DNA of 64,000 nt from Takakia lepidozioides. Its lineage: Eukaryota; Plantae; Bryophyta. Position 1 is the first letter of the stretch. Every line of letters starts with the position of its first letter. The notes below the pieces were generated by a model that was given only the letters and a program-made list of their open reading frames with translations, ran no database searches and was not told the DNA's origin. Positions 38,101-52,000 of the stretch are shown piece by piece. The DNA is taken from contig CM060731.1 of the NCBI GenBank assembly GCA_030704615.1, positions 46,562,001 to 46,626,000 of the forward strand. Reading direction: 5' to 3'. A program made the translations under genes and the position numbers.

Positions 38101-41100
38101 TACCTGTAGTAGCTCAAGAGATAGAAGCTTGGTCCTACTGACAAGATCATCAATCCCATCTTTCATTGCCATCTGTACCCCAGAAAGATGAACCCCAACA
38201 ACAGAGCACACAACTGTGAATCTGAGAGGCCAAGACCTGCCTTCACGAAATTCAAGCTAGATGAACAGAAACCTTATAAAGAGAAAAAGCGACAAAGGGT
38301 ACATCACAAGCACCTTGCAAATTGTCCGTAGCACAAGGAGTGCATCTCTTTGGCCTACAGTCAACGATTCCAGATCCATTCCTCTGAGACAAAAGGCCCG
38401 CCAAAACGACACAAGTGAAATCTTTGAGGTAGCTCAACAACCTAGAGGCCCTAGAGGTCCCTAGGTCACTTCATGCACAATATCGACAAGTTCAATAGTT
38501 TGCTGACATCTAAGAATCTCAGCAGTAAGAGCAGCAGTGAAAACATTGCCATTGAGAGAGAGCCTACTCATTGGTCTTCAATTCTCCATCTGAGTGGACA
38601 GCCTTGTTCAGGGCAGCCTCGAAACCCTGCAAGTCCATGAAAGCAGTGTACTCTGGGTCATGTTGCATTCTTCGGTGGAAAAAAGGATTGCATGTTGCAA
38701 GTAACCACCAAGATATAAGGGTGCGGATAATTATCAAAGCTTTTACATGACAGCATTGTCAGTTAGGACCCAGGGCAAATATGACTGCACGTGATGATCA
38801 AATGTGGTACAACATTGCTGGACCTACAGGTTGCTGCAATGCTTTGCTATGACAGTAAGACACCCTATGAACATGTCAACATACTATATCCTCTCACAAT
38901 GATTGATGGTGCTCAAGAGGATTCTAGAAGAGGAAATGTTCAAGACTTGCTCAAGGTTTTCTGAAGTTGCTGACGTCACAACAGAACAAAAGCGATTGAA
39001 ATTCATCTTAAATATCCACACACTGTACTCTGACAGAGGCATGACCCAGCCCACCTATTACATGAGATACCTGCATTCAACAGAATCAACCCTCCAATGC
39101 AAAATTGACAAACCTTGATATCTGCATCCCCAGCAAGGTGCTGGAGTTCCTCCACTGCGACCGAACTTGCAGCGGACGAAGGTGTCCCTGAGGATAATGA
39201 GCTTGGCACTTCCAAGGCTTCTCCAGTCCTGATTTCCCTGACCTCTCCTCCCTCCAAGTTCACCACAAGTGTGTCTCCACTCAATTCAGTTTCATTTTCT
39301 TGTCGAGAAAGTTTGCCATCTAATGGAAGTACTGGAACTTGCTCGCTAGAATAAAACACTGATAACTTTGCACGTGATGTGAGGAAATTTGCCGGGAGCA
39401 TGACGATAGTACTCACCCCCTGCGCCACGCTAGATATGTTACATGGATAATCACTCTCAAGCTGGATATTGGCAACACAAGACCCTAGAAAAGAACAGTT
39501 CAAGAAACATAGCCTTGGATCTGAGATCTCCTATATTGACAGTCATATCTCATATCCCCAGTCTCTCATCAGTGTTTAGGCAAGGATTGTAACCTGTGCA
39601 TCGGATTCCATCCGCTTGAAAACAATGTTGATCATTTGAGTTAAGGTTGCCTTTGCTGTTGCTTGATTAACAGCACTTTTGCTACAAATCAACCAACCGA
39701 GAAATAAGAATAATGCAAACACATTGGAGTGAGATGTTGTGATCTGCAGTAGAGCCCAACAAAGTGCCAACTCATTTCTAGAAGAATGATCATAGCTTCA
39801 CAACTCAACATTTTTCCTAATATTGCCACCTTCAAGTTTCCCTTTAATCAAGGAGGTGTGGAAATTCTGCAGAAAAGGAGCACTACAGACATCATTTATG
39901 GCCAGGTTCTACACAGCATGCCATTCTGCAGACGCAGTCACCAGAAAAAACCTAAAAACTACTGTCCCTCCCCTATCACAACTGTAGTAACAGGATTCTG
40001 GATTTCATTTGTCAAAGGAGTTACACACCTGCTTAAGACAATGTCGTAGCACGTCCGAACTGCAGTTAGCAGACATTCTCCATGCACTGCCATTCAAATA
40101 CACTACGTAATCACTTGGCTCTACACATTAACTCCTAGTTAGCCAGAGCTATAGAGAAAATTCATGATTTTGAGCTTATGACCATGCAACTTAACAAAAT
40201 GTCCTCTTCCATAAACCACAATAACCAAGTCTGTGTGACCTTAGATTCGTACCTGAGCTTCCAGCAAATAAATGACCCTACGGCCACAGTTAAGTGCAAC
40301 TCTGAAGTACAACTCTGAAGTACGGGTTGTTTAGGAGATGTTTTCAAAGCATGATGCCAAATATCAGACAAACCTTGAAATGAGTGTGAAGCAACTGCTG
40401 TGAGAAGCACCTTGATGACTTGTAACACCACACTGCAAAATCGAAGTCGACAGGTCTATTGAAGTCATTCATGCCACTCACACAAGCCCTCGGACCACTT
40501 TTAGCATAAAATATGCAGTGCTTTGATAATACGGCTTTGAGATTGAACCAGTGGATCATGGACCTAGTCAGCCCAAGTCTGACATAACACCTGGGGGTTT
40601 GCCACTAGATTAAAATACATAAGAGATTCTAACACAAGCCAAGTTGACAATTAGAAACTTCAAATTCCAATTGAAGGTCTTGTACCTGTCAGGGGCAGTA
40701 GCATCGGAACATCCACACACCATGTTGAAAATTTCAGTAACCATTGTTCCATTTTTACCACCTTCGACACCAGCTTCTCCCTCCAGATGTCCATAAGATA
40801 TAAGTTTCTGCCATGAGCATTCACAGATTGAGTGTAATCAACCAACTTACAAGTGGAACAATGAGGGGAAAAAGGGAACACGAGCTGATAACATATCCAC
40901 TTGCTGCAGAAGCTTAGGGCTCATGCTAGACTTGCAACAGCTCTAGGCACTAATCGAGCATAGCATATGACTCACTCACATACTCTTGTGATCCCATGAA
41001 GACCTGTTTCAGCATTTGCTATTTGAACAGATCCATAATGTCAAAAATGGTTGTATCTATATTTTACAAGTTGAGCTGATTTTATTGCACCTTACACAGC

Positions 41101-43639
41101 AAATTCACACCATCGGGCTACAGCAGAACTGAACCAATGAAACTCTCGGAGTGTCCATGCAGCATAGTCAATCATGCTTGCACGTATTGAAACAGATGTT
41201 GCAAGCCTAAGTAAGCGTGCCTAGGGTGCCTCGGCTCTGACATAGACACAACTCCTACATTTGCAGCCAGCAACGGAAGTCATTACAAAGATGAAACTGG
41301 CCTATACTGGCTGCTGCGTATGGACCCTTGCTGCCAAAGAGGATTGCCGGACTAGTAAGGGTTCCCATCAACTCAAAAGCATCATCCAACAAGTTAATCT
41401 AGGGGAGGAGCAGGTTCAAACAAGCCTGTCAAGGATGCTGAACACCTATGTGACTGACAACTTGTGTTACTTCATCCAGCAAGGGATTGCAGTGAAAGCA
41501 GCCAACTGGGACTGGCACACTTCAAGCTGAATCAATTTTTTTTGGTATAGTTGTACGTTACCTCCCCCTACTTGCCAGAGGGCACATATGCTTAGCCAAC
41601 ATTGACAGCAGCCTTGTACCAGGAAAATTTACACTCACATGCAAACAGTCAAGTGCCGATTCCAAAAGCTTAGATTGTTTAGTCTCAAAAGCGAGTCGCA
41701 AGGGCAGTAACACCAGATCAGCTTCAGAGCCTTCGAGTGTATGTCCTGCCTCTGCCATTGTAGCAGCAGCCGCTTGCCCTGTAGTCGGCTTTGCAGGTGA
41801 TAGGACTGGGCTCGTTTGCACTGATTTGATCTCTTCTTTTGGTGTGGAGGGCTCCCCTTCTGATATGGTGTCTTGAGCTGACGGTCTTTGTGCACAAACA
41901 TGTAACATCAACATTCGTATCAGAACAAGATCCTTTTTCTTCAGCTAATTCTATGGCCTGACAGTGCCAGATGGTAAAAGCCAACCAACAACACACAGTG
42001 GTGAGACACCAACCTTGGTGGATGCCCACATGGCAGATAAAGCTACAAACCTTATGCCACAATACTTGATAAGATGTACCCATGAGACATTTGCCATAGC
42101 CTCACAACTTGATTAGGGTGGACTTCATTGAGCTGACTAATGTGCCCACGTCAAACTTTGAAAGCCTGGGTTGTGGCTATTCAGGAGTGCATGCCAGTAG
42201 GAGGCAAACAGCCAATCAGCCTAAAGAATACGAGGATGCCTCTACCAATAGGCATCTCTCAACAACTAGTCTCATTCTGCTATGAGCAAAAAACTCTCCT
42301 GAAAATGATATGCCTGCAACTCCTACTAAATTAGCTCCTGCCCATCGAGCTCAAACCATAGAGGACTTCAAACTTGGAGGCGTTGACCATCAACTCGATG
42401 ACGGTGTAAACAAAATACTCAGAACCCTAAAACAAAGTTGAAAGGGCTAGTGTCAATGCAGCTTTGGTGTCCAAAGGTGGAAGAAGCCCTGGATATTGGA
42501 TGAAGCACTGTAAAATTCTTCCATACAATGATGCAGACAATTCACATATTAGTATGATCATCTCCGAATATTGAAGGATGGCCGGACTACATACAAAAAC
42601 GCAAATAAGGGTGGCACATCAGACTGCACACTAGAGGAACTTTGTACAGAAACCAAACCAATGCTGACCAGTAGCATTAACTGGCATTACAGCACCAAGC
42701 ACATGAATATGTGCTAAACAGTCCTCCAGCTTATTAAAAAGAAAATATTACAAAGGAGTACTTCATGTGAATTCAGTACAAGTTTTGCACAGGTTACAGA
42801 TACATACATGTCTTCTGGCACAGAGGAATCTTCATTTTGGCCAAGTGGTGATGGAGGCAGCTCGGGTTTTCTATCTGGCGATGAACAACTTAGCATGTCA
42901 ATTACAAATTCTCCCTGCAATTTATACTATGAGATGGTCACAGACAGGTTGAAGTTGTCCGACAAGGTTGCCCAAAATTGTCTGGAAAAAACTCAGTGAA
43001 AACTCACATACAAGACATAGGACGAGAATGTCCCTGCTAGAGGTAGTTATTAACTAGGCCTGAACCACAGTGCTGCAGGATTCCTGGCAATCCATCCAGA
43101 AATAGCAATCCAATTGTGGAGACCATCAGTGTAAAGTGCCCCTGCAAACTTACAACTCAGCTCCATAGAAACCTTCCCCCGGCACTGACTGACTTTCGAT
43201 AGACAAGGAGGTGAAGTGTGGTGTCAAACCAGATCACACATAGAAGGAAAGAAAAATGAAAATGAACTAGGCTGAAATGTGTAAATCGCTTAGCTGAACG
43301 TGCACAATTGCATTTGTGCCATAACAAAGTGACAAATCAACCGGTCCCTTGAGTAGCAAACAGAGATTTGGAAACAACACCCCAGCACAATGCAGGTTGC
43401 CGCTTCTTAGCAGCTTTCCCGGATCACAAATCAGCAGCTGTTCTCAACTCCAATTCATCACGACATGAATCATCAAAGCAGACCCTAAAACCCTAGCAGA
43501 ACACCAGATCTCATAAGTCTCCTAACTGACCTAAATAGGCCTTCAAAGCATTCTGCAGACTGCTGTATTTCTTCCCTGGTGCATCCTTGAGCATGCGCTC
43601 AAAAGAACGCGTCACAAAGGCTCCTCCTGCCTCCGCCAT
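26200..43639 (-). CDS. BIG5: Brefeldin A-inhibited ARF guanine nucleotide exchange factor, BIG5/MIN7/BEN1 type (multi-exon)
   Basis: First exon 43531-43639: [42 protein letters not shown] exons: [25 protein letters not shown]. Sec7 domain: [21 protein letters not shown] (about 34990-35175) and [24 protein letters not shown] exons: [48 protein letters not shown]. Last exon [20 protein letters not shown] with the stop at 26200-26202. Confidence 0.95.
26517..26803 (-). mobile_element. Truncated copy 4 of the LINE family, in the last intron of BIG5
   Basis: Same 3' end (...AACAACGTCTTATGAGTACAT). Degenerate TSD TATAATTTGTGGAG (26503-26516) / TATAATCTGTAGAC (26804-26817). Confidence 0.88.
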
Positions 43640-46096
43640 AGCTACTGCTCATGTGAAAAAAATTCGCCAACTCGTCGATCGAGCTAGAAATTCCCGATCA
43701 ATCTGCGTTTCTTCTCAAATGCCTTTGTTTTTTCCCAGATCGATTTGGTTGCAGCATCCTAACTCGGTCTAAGCCTCTTCGATGGCTGCAGTTCCTGAGA
43801 ATGTGATTGCCAGACCGAGTTGCTCTCGCCCTCGAGCGAGTCCAGTGAGCCCCAACACTGGGACTGTGTAACCTTGTTTCTTGGGAACGAGTTCTCTAAA
43901 CAGTACCCGTGATCGAAATGTAGCGATGCATTATCGGCAGATGGATGAATAGTGGTATCAGGATGAATGTATGTACCTCTTCTATTCCATCCATGTTTGG
44001 AGGTAGAAATATATTTTCTAATTTAATAATTCTGATATTGACTTTTGGTCACTTACTTTCGGAGTGTCTCTTGAGTCGGATCACGAGTGCAGGAGAGATG
44101 GTGACCGTTGCTCTGCAGACCGCAGCTGCACAGACTTGGAAGTCACTCAAGTGAAAGCAGACGATGAAGCCTTCATGAGGACCCCACCTGAGAAAAAAAG
44201 CGTTGAAGCACTGGTAGGAGCACAGCAAATAAGGCATTCTTCTCTTTTTGGTGGCAATATCCTGATCCTCCAGTTTTATAGGATTTTTTTTTTCTATCCG
44301 ATGTAGTCATATATGTATCCCTACTGTGGAAGTCATGTTGTATCCCTTTGGAAGAGGGATAAAAAATATGAACACGGCATAATCGTGTAGAGCTCTTTCA
44401 ACCTTTTCATGAATCGTTAGATGGTGCGTAAGGATGCTATGCAGAGGTCATTGGGTATTTCTAGCTTCAGAGCACAGATATTAAAAAGAGAACAACCTAA
44501 GTAGCTGTTGGTTGAATGTTCATCGTGAGGACGATCTCCTTTATAAGAAGTCAGCCTTGGTCATCTTTGGCCGGTGGACAGATTGATACCTCCAGCAGGG
44601 AGGCAGTAGTGTAGCTTCTCTAAATTGTGTCTACATTAACAGCACTCACAAAGCTGATCAACCAGGTGCATCGTTACAAATACATCCACTCAGTCACAGT
44701 TCAATTCAACAAAGCTTTGCTGAATTGAAAAGTGACATCCCAGTCATCCTATTACCTTATTCAGAGCTATATTCTGATTTCTTTCAGCTGGTAGACCACT
44801 GAAGTCGGAACCTTGATTTAGCACAAGTTACTTGTGACTCCCAACAGATGAACGGTGGTCATTGAATTGATCACTTTGACAGCTTGGTGAGACAACTGTA
44901 CTCGTTGGCATCAGACCCGTAGATTAAGCTTAGAACCTCCAGAGTACGTGAACCAAATCATCGATCTCGATCATTTCACGCCGTGCTGAGACTTACTTGA
45001 AAGTGTTTGTCTTTCCAAAACGACTGGCTTGCCCGTTAAATCTTAGAAGATATGTATATGCGTCCGGGCAGTAGCCATTATAACTCTGAAAACCCACTTC
45101 ACCTCAATGCAGTTGTTCCTTTCAAAGGTGGGCCCTATAATAAGGGTGTAGAAGGATTAGGTGAGTTGGGTGCTACCCATGGTGGTTTACTCTTGGTGGT
45201 GGTGATGATAGCTTCGAGGGATAGGCTAGCAGTGAGGTGAATTTTCCCAAAGCATAATATTATGGTGATAGAGGGGTATAGGAGCTTGAGGTTGTTGAAA
45301 GTGTCAAGATAAGGAGAGGAGGAAGACTCCGAAGCAGCGGGCAGGCCTAATTACTTAAACTTCACCCCACCAAAGCCTATTTGCCTTCCACTTCTTCGAT
45401 CATCAAGTGGGGACATAGCCCGTCTTCAAGATAGATCCCTACTGGCTCTTCATTCTTAGCCACAGTTTGATCCAATATTACGAGTTCATGATTAAGGCAA
45501 TCCTCTACAGCAGAGCTACTTCTCTTGGCAAAGAACTGAGATAACCAAGTGCAGCTTCCAAATACAAATTGCAAACTTTTTCTGCTGCATCTTTGCACTT
45601 AGTAGGGCAGAAACCTTCATTTCCAAATATGAACTGTTGGAGGGCTCAGCTCACACAGAACACTGAGTTAGGAAGATCCACAGATCCAAGGAATAAATAT
45701 AATTAACCCTTCATAATTATTTACATTGGTAAAGTTGGGAATCTCCCATGGAGAGCTTGCCATACCACTCGGCTGAGAGGCGACTCCAGAGGTAGAACAT
45801 TTAACTCTAGGAAAAAATTCTCAAGCTTCGCGCATGGCTGGTTTCACGACCTCAAAATGATGCACTCAATCCAGTCACAGGTGACCAAGAATCAGGAATT
45901 AACCATTCACAAATCACCACTTTCGTGGTTGAAAAATCTATTATCATACAAGTGCCCAGAATTCTACACATGCATCTACTCTGACAATCAGCTGCTCTTA
46001 CAATGTTTGACCACCTGGTGATCATTGAACGGACCACTGCCAAACAACCTCCATCAAAAACGTGTTACCTGCTACAACGCTGATTGTCCTGTTGCT

Positions 46097-49000
46097 TTAG
46101 ATTCCTCGCACAGATTCCCCATTCAAATATGAGTTCTGGCTCAACTCCCCATGTTGAGATTCCCTGCCATCACTTACCTCTTCCTCACCATTGGAGTTAT
46201 GCTTGTCCTTGAACGATTTCCGAGCAAGGGATACATTCAGCTTTTTCGAACTTTTTGACCCCCAGACATTGAAACTGGGTGCTTGCTCAAGACTACCTAC
46301 CCCATTCATCACCTTAGGAGGCGTGACTAGCAGAAGACGGGACATGACATACCCCAGCAACTCCTCTCTATGGGAAAAAGTAAAATCCAGGTGTGCATAC
46401 TCGAATTCCTGATATGAAGCCTGGCATCCAGACTTCTTCAGTGTCTCATAGTGTTTTCTTACCATGGTTTTCGGAATGAGCTTGTCTTTCCGCCCTGCCA
46501 CAAAATCGACAGGAATGTCCATGGCCCAATAGTGTGCCCCAATATCAAGTGGATAAGGAGTCCCATAGGCCTCCATATTTTTTCGTGCACTCCCAAAATC
46601 ATACATGATGAATCGCTTCGAACGCATCATCTGGGCCAGGTGTAGCCCAACTCGGTAAGACACTCCAGGCATATCATTCATGTTGTAGTGTGACATTGCT
46701 ATTGCACCCACCCAGTTAGAACTGTCGCCACCAACCAAATAACTGCACAGAGTCTGAACTAGCCCCCCCAAAGCAGGGTAGTTTTGGAAGTCTTGGGCAA
46801 GCTTGTTGAAAAGCCCCCGAAACACTCTTGTGGGTATGTAGAGTCCAGGAATGAAGGGGGTCACAATGGGAGCCAGAACAGGGACTGCATATTGAAGGAA
46901 TGCACAAAATCCTGGAGCATCTTCATGAAAACCGGCTGGGGAAAGTAGCACAAGTCTTGACAGATAGTGGGGCTTGTTCTCCAAGCGTCGTGTCACTACA
47001 TACATCAGAATGGACGCCCCCCCAAGGCTATGAGCTACCCCGCAAAGGGAGTAGGGCTGTCTGGCCACATAACAGTTTGCAGAATTGGAGGGACCCACTT
47101 CATCATCCGTCACAAGCTGCAGTTCCTTCAACTCAGAAATTTTGATTTCATGGACCCTAGTCAGCATCGCTGTGATGTCTTGGGTGCCATGTTCATTTAC
47201 TGAGTACTGCCAATACCTACAATATTTCAAGCCAGCCACATGAAAATTAGGGTAGTGGAGCTGAGAATGAAAAACGCTTACTACAGTTAAACCGCATAGC
47301 CACAAGAGTTTAAATTTACCTCTGGGATGAAATGCGCTTCTCCACATGCTCTCTAGATGCCAAGCCCCGCAAATTACCCAGAAACACATCATAACCTGCA
47401 CTCCTCCATGCCAAGAACATGCATTTAGAGTTTTGGAGTCTGTTGTAAGTACAGAAAACACAGAATTGCCCACCAGCCAGAGTGGGATGTGTCTCCTCCA
47501 AGTCATGTGACCAGAAATCTGTCAAAGACATGGATGCTCTAAGAACAATTGACCAGAGCAGTATGAGACTGAATTACATACACACTTCTGTTCACAAAAT
47601 ACTTAGACTCTGGGCATTCACCAAACATCAGTATAAACACAAATATCTTATCGATCACCCCAATTAGCAAATTAAATCGCATGTTGCCTCAAAGCTGTAA
47701 CCAGTGTTGTCAATTTGCAGAGTGAAAACAAATCAATGGTGCTCGATCAATCCTCTGAGCAATTCCCAAGGGAGTTTTGGAAGGAATACCCATACTAAAC
47801 AATACAGCAATGCTCCATGACAGGTAGATCCATCCCCACTTCCACACGGCTAAGTGGCGATAGCAATTTAACCTCTCAAATTCCTACATAATGATCACCG
47901 TATGCACTCAAATGGTTTCACAGGAAGTGTACCTTGATCATAAGCAGCAAATGCCTGGGAGCCCACCACTCCATTAGAAACCCACCTGGCCCCATCAATG
48001 ATCCATTCCCACGCAATTAATAGTCATCAAAATTCAACTGCAGTCTGTTCCTAAAAGCACACTAAACATAGTGGTTCTCCAGGTCATAGTCATAGTCATC
48101 GGAACAAATGTAAGTCCCAACCCTGAAGACAGCAAGTTTCCCTATCCAGACAAGAAAATCCATTTGAATGCATAAAGACAATAAACTGTCCTAAATTAAC
48201 AGAATTGGCAGCATTAACTGACCAACATCACATTCGATAAAGCGTCATATCTAAGAGACTTTGTTTTGCAGTACTTTCATGAGATGGAAGCCCAACCAAA
48301 TTTGTGCCCCGTGTGTCATATGGAGCATACAGCAACAAGTTACATGTGTTGGAACAATTGCCTCACACAACATAAAAATTGACTTACCCCAAAGATGAAT
48401 CAAGCAGTCCGTGCTGCAGATATAAAACCTTCTGGGACTTCCGCCTGCACCCTCAGTTGACAACCTTCATTGGTTTTCGTCTTAATGTCGCTTTACAGCT
48501 CCCAAACTAGTTGACGAGTCACATTGGATCGTACATTCCTTTTTTGCAGATATGCAGAATTCAAGACCACAATCCTGGTGTTTATGCTTTTGATTGAGGT
48601 CCTTTGTGACCTTGAATTGCCCTATGTCCAATCAAGATCATCTTGGCATGCCAGGTCGAGGAAGGCTGAAACACACAGTACATGTACGTCCAAGAGTTGC
48701 TTACTTATGAATGAAAGTGCAGTGAATTTGGCCACACATTCAAACTGCAATATGGTTTGTGTTGGTTGCCATAGTGTTAGACTTTCTGTACAATCGGTCC
48801 CACGGTTCATGGTTCAACGCAAGTACTGAAACAAAGTATACCTGGGTATTCTCTCCAACAAGAGGACATAGCCATCTGCAGTGGTCACTTGAAGCGCTTC
48901 ATATGGATACCTGCCAGACATTGGTAACAACCACGTCAAGGCCCAAGAAGGTTTGACTAGTACACGACCTCTTCCTGAAGGTGCTTTCGTAGATAATTTG

Positions 49001-52000
49001 TTGCCATCTCTCTTTGTATATATAAAAATATATGTATATAAGGAATTGTATAACGAAAATGAAGTTAGGTGAAAAACTTCCCTGAACCTGTTTCCAGTCT
49101 GTGACATGAGTGAGGCCATGACCTCAAGGGTTTACCCACTCTCGGCACTAGACCGAAATTCAAACTCAGGGAGGGTAGCCTATCTTTAAACATCAAACAG
49201 AAGCAGAGAGGACAGGGGGATTGTAAGAGCCCGTTGTGTGGGCAACCTGAAGACAATATCCACTTTCTGATGGTCCTTGGTGCTCTCACCAGAGAGACAC
49301 CCTCTTCAATTCCATCAAGGGAATTGTTCCTGTACCTCTGTTTACCAATGTTGAAAATCTCGAGGCTGAGCCAAAAGCCCAGGCCCTTTCAGGGTCTAGT
49401 TATTGGGCAAATCACACACAGCAGACTGATGTTTCTGTGAAGGGATTTCTAGAGGATATCTGGAAAACTCGGATCAATTGTATGTTTCAAGGTAAGTCAA
49501 ACTACCGGCGTCAGCCCCTGACAAAGGTAGTTTCTGTCCCTTTGTGTTCCACTCAAACTGGACGCGGGGTCAATGGCCACAAGGCTACAGCAAACAACGT
49601 CTTATGAGTACATTCTCTATCTGTATGTATATATATATTGAATTGTTTCTATCAAGGTAATTCCCACTACTGGCCTCACAAAGGTAGTGTCTGTTCCCTC
49701 TTGTTCCACCCAAACTGGGCACGGGATCTATGGCCCCAAGGCTACAGTAACCAATGTCTTGCGAGTACATTTCTCTCTGCATCACATTTCTACATTGTTT
49801 TCCTGCTTTACATCGAACACAACTCACATCACATATCACTACCAAAGGTGATACAAACATGTCTTATCATTGACCCAAGGTGGTAGACTGAATATATATT
49901 TTAGAATTGACGAGGAAATGTCTGCTGACCCCAGACTGGTTATGATGTCCTGACACGTGCGCCCATCAGTGTTCAATGGTTTCCGATCATCTTTTGGTTG
50001 CTTCTGGGGAGCTGGATCTGAGTCACCCAATGTGGCTGTGTCAACAGTCTCAGCTTTTTCATCTTCTTTGGGTTCACTGTAAAAAAACCATCGGAAAACT
50101 CCCTTAGTCGTTTCAAGCGGGGACAAACAGTGATAGATGGCCTTTCGCGTGACGTCAAACACCTTTTCAATGAAGAGCTCCATTACAACCTGCAGATCCT
50201 GTTGCACCCAAACTTCTAATTAAACTTGCTCAACAAGTCCATCCTATCTTGGCAGGTTACTCTCTATAAGCCGTAAGGGTCTGTGGCCACACAACCTCTC
50301 AAGAGTACATTCTCTAAGCCCTAACAATCAAGAGTCTCTGGCAATGTTAGGCTTCTGGATAAAATCTGGCACCCAGCACCGGACCCCTGCACCCAACCCA
50401 TGCACAACATCTCTGTCCAACAACAGTCTTCAAGTGCACATCAAATCAAATTGCTATCTTGTAGCATGTACTACGTATTGAGGGGTGCCTTGCATGATAT
50501 TCAATAATTGTTTTCAACACCTGAACTTTCAAATGAGATTTAGCTGTGAGCATAATTCCAAATCTTACGGAGCCAGAATACTACGTGTCCCACACCTCAC
50601 ATAGAAGCAGGTTGAGGAAATTCTGCCTAGAGTTCATCATATGCCGCTACTGACCTCAATAATGCCACGCCTGCGGTCCCCTGGCTGGTTGGGCACCATA
50701 TAATCTTTGACCCCACTGAAGTGGCGACTAGCCAATCCATACATTAGTGTCAAGCTTCCAGAGCTTGTACTGCGCAGTTGTGAAAGCCCATGGTATGTGC
50801 CGGACCCTCGTGTTGTTAATGGAGGACGACGCCTGCCAGAAACACTTCTTCCAAGTTGTCAGAGAGTAAACTTCATGTGAACAGCCAAAGCGAGAGAATG
50901 TACTCATGAGACATAGTTTGCTGTAACCATGTGGCCATGGATCCCGCCCCCAGTTTGGGCGGAACAAGAGGGAACAGACACTACCTTTGTGAGGGGCTCA
51001 CTCCAGTAGTGGGACTTACCTTGGTATGAACAATTAGTTCTGGCTTTCCAGATTTCCTCTAGAAATCCCTTCAAACAACCAAAGTGAGAGAGTTCTAATG
51101 AAAGAGGGAAGCGGGAACCAACAGTCAGTGACCTGTGCTTCAAAGAAAGGGAATGGTAATAAATAACACAGTAGAGGAAAGCTAGCCACAAATGCACATA
51201 CATGTACATATATATATATATATATTGATGTGAGAGCCTAGTCAACTCAACCCACATTTGAGAGGTAATCAAAGATAGAATGAAATAGCCACAATACCAA
51301 TAGCGGAGAGGGGATGTAAATCGCCGAAATAAGCGCCGCCAGAAGGAGCTCGGTCGCCGTTCGTGTCTGCTTACAAAGCTGGTTCTTGAAATGTGCGAAG
51401 TTTGTGAGCAAGGGGATGACGGTGCCACACTGTCATTGTCTTCCATTCCTGACTGATACTCTGATTCAGTGTCTGACTCTGTGTCTGAGTCATAGTCGTG
51501 TATAAATGCATTGAATGAGGATACACCACTGCATGCCACAAACAACAGTGCTTGAGGGTGGGTATCGTGACACTTTCAGGATCCACTGGCTGGATAAATG
51601 AATTTTGAAGTCGTTGCCAGGACTCTTACAATATATCCTCAAAACCATCGATTTATGATCTGATAAAGATGACTACAAATTGCCAGGTTGGCAAACTTAC
51701 CCTGCAACACAGGAAATTTCCTAGTAACCAGCATCTCTCAACTATGACCCTTATTTCTCTATCCTTTCCTTGCCTCCTGTGCATGTATGGCAGCACATGT
51801 CCAGCTGCATACCAGGCTTGGCTATGGTTATGCACTAGGAGACTTACTCTTCCATCCACCGTGGCAAGCGCGGAGCACGGAAAGTAGGGTGAAGTTCCCA
51901 TCCCTGAATGCCCTCCAAAACTGTTGTCGTGCCTGGCAATACTGCCAGTACTAGTGCAGAGAAGCCATTGATGAATCTCACTGCGTTGTTGAATGACTCC

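Noticed and set aside
26200-43639. Non-canonical (GC-AG or U12) introns in BIG5
   Set aside because: Every junction I could resolve is ordinary GT-AG.
44064-44306. 80-aa ORF between BIG5 and the lipase gene
   Set aside because: No similarity recognised and no supportable exon chain.
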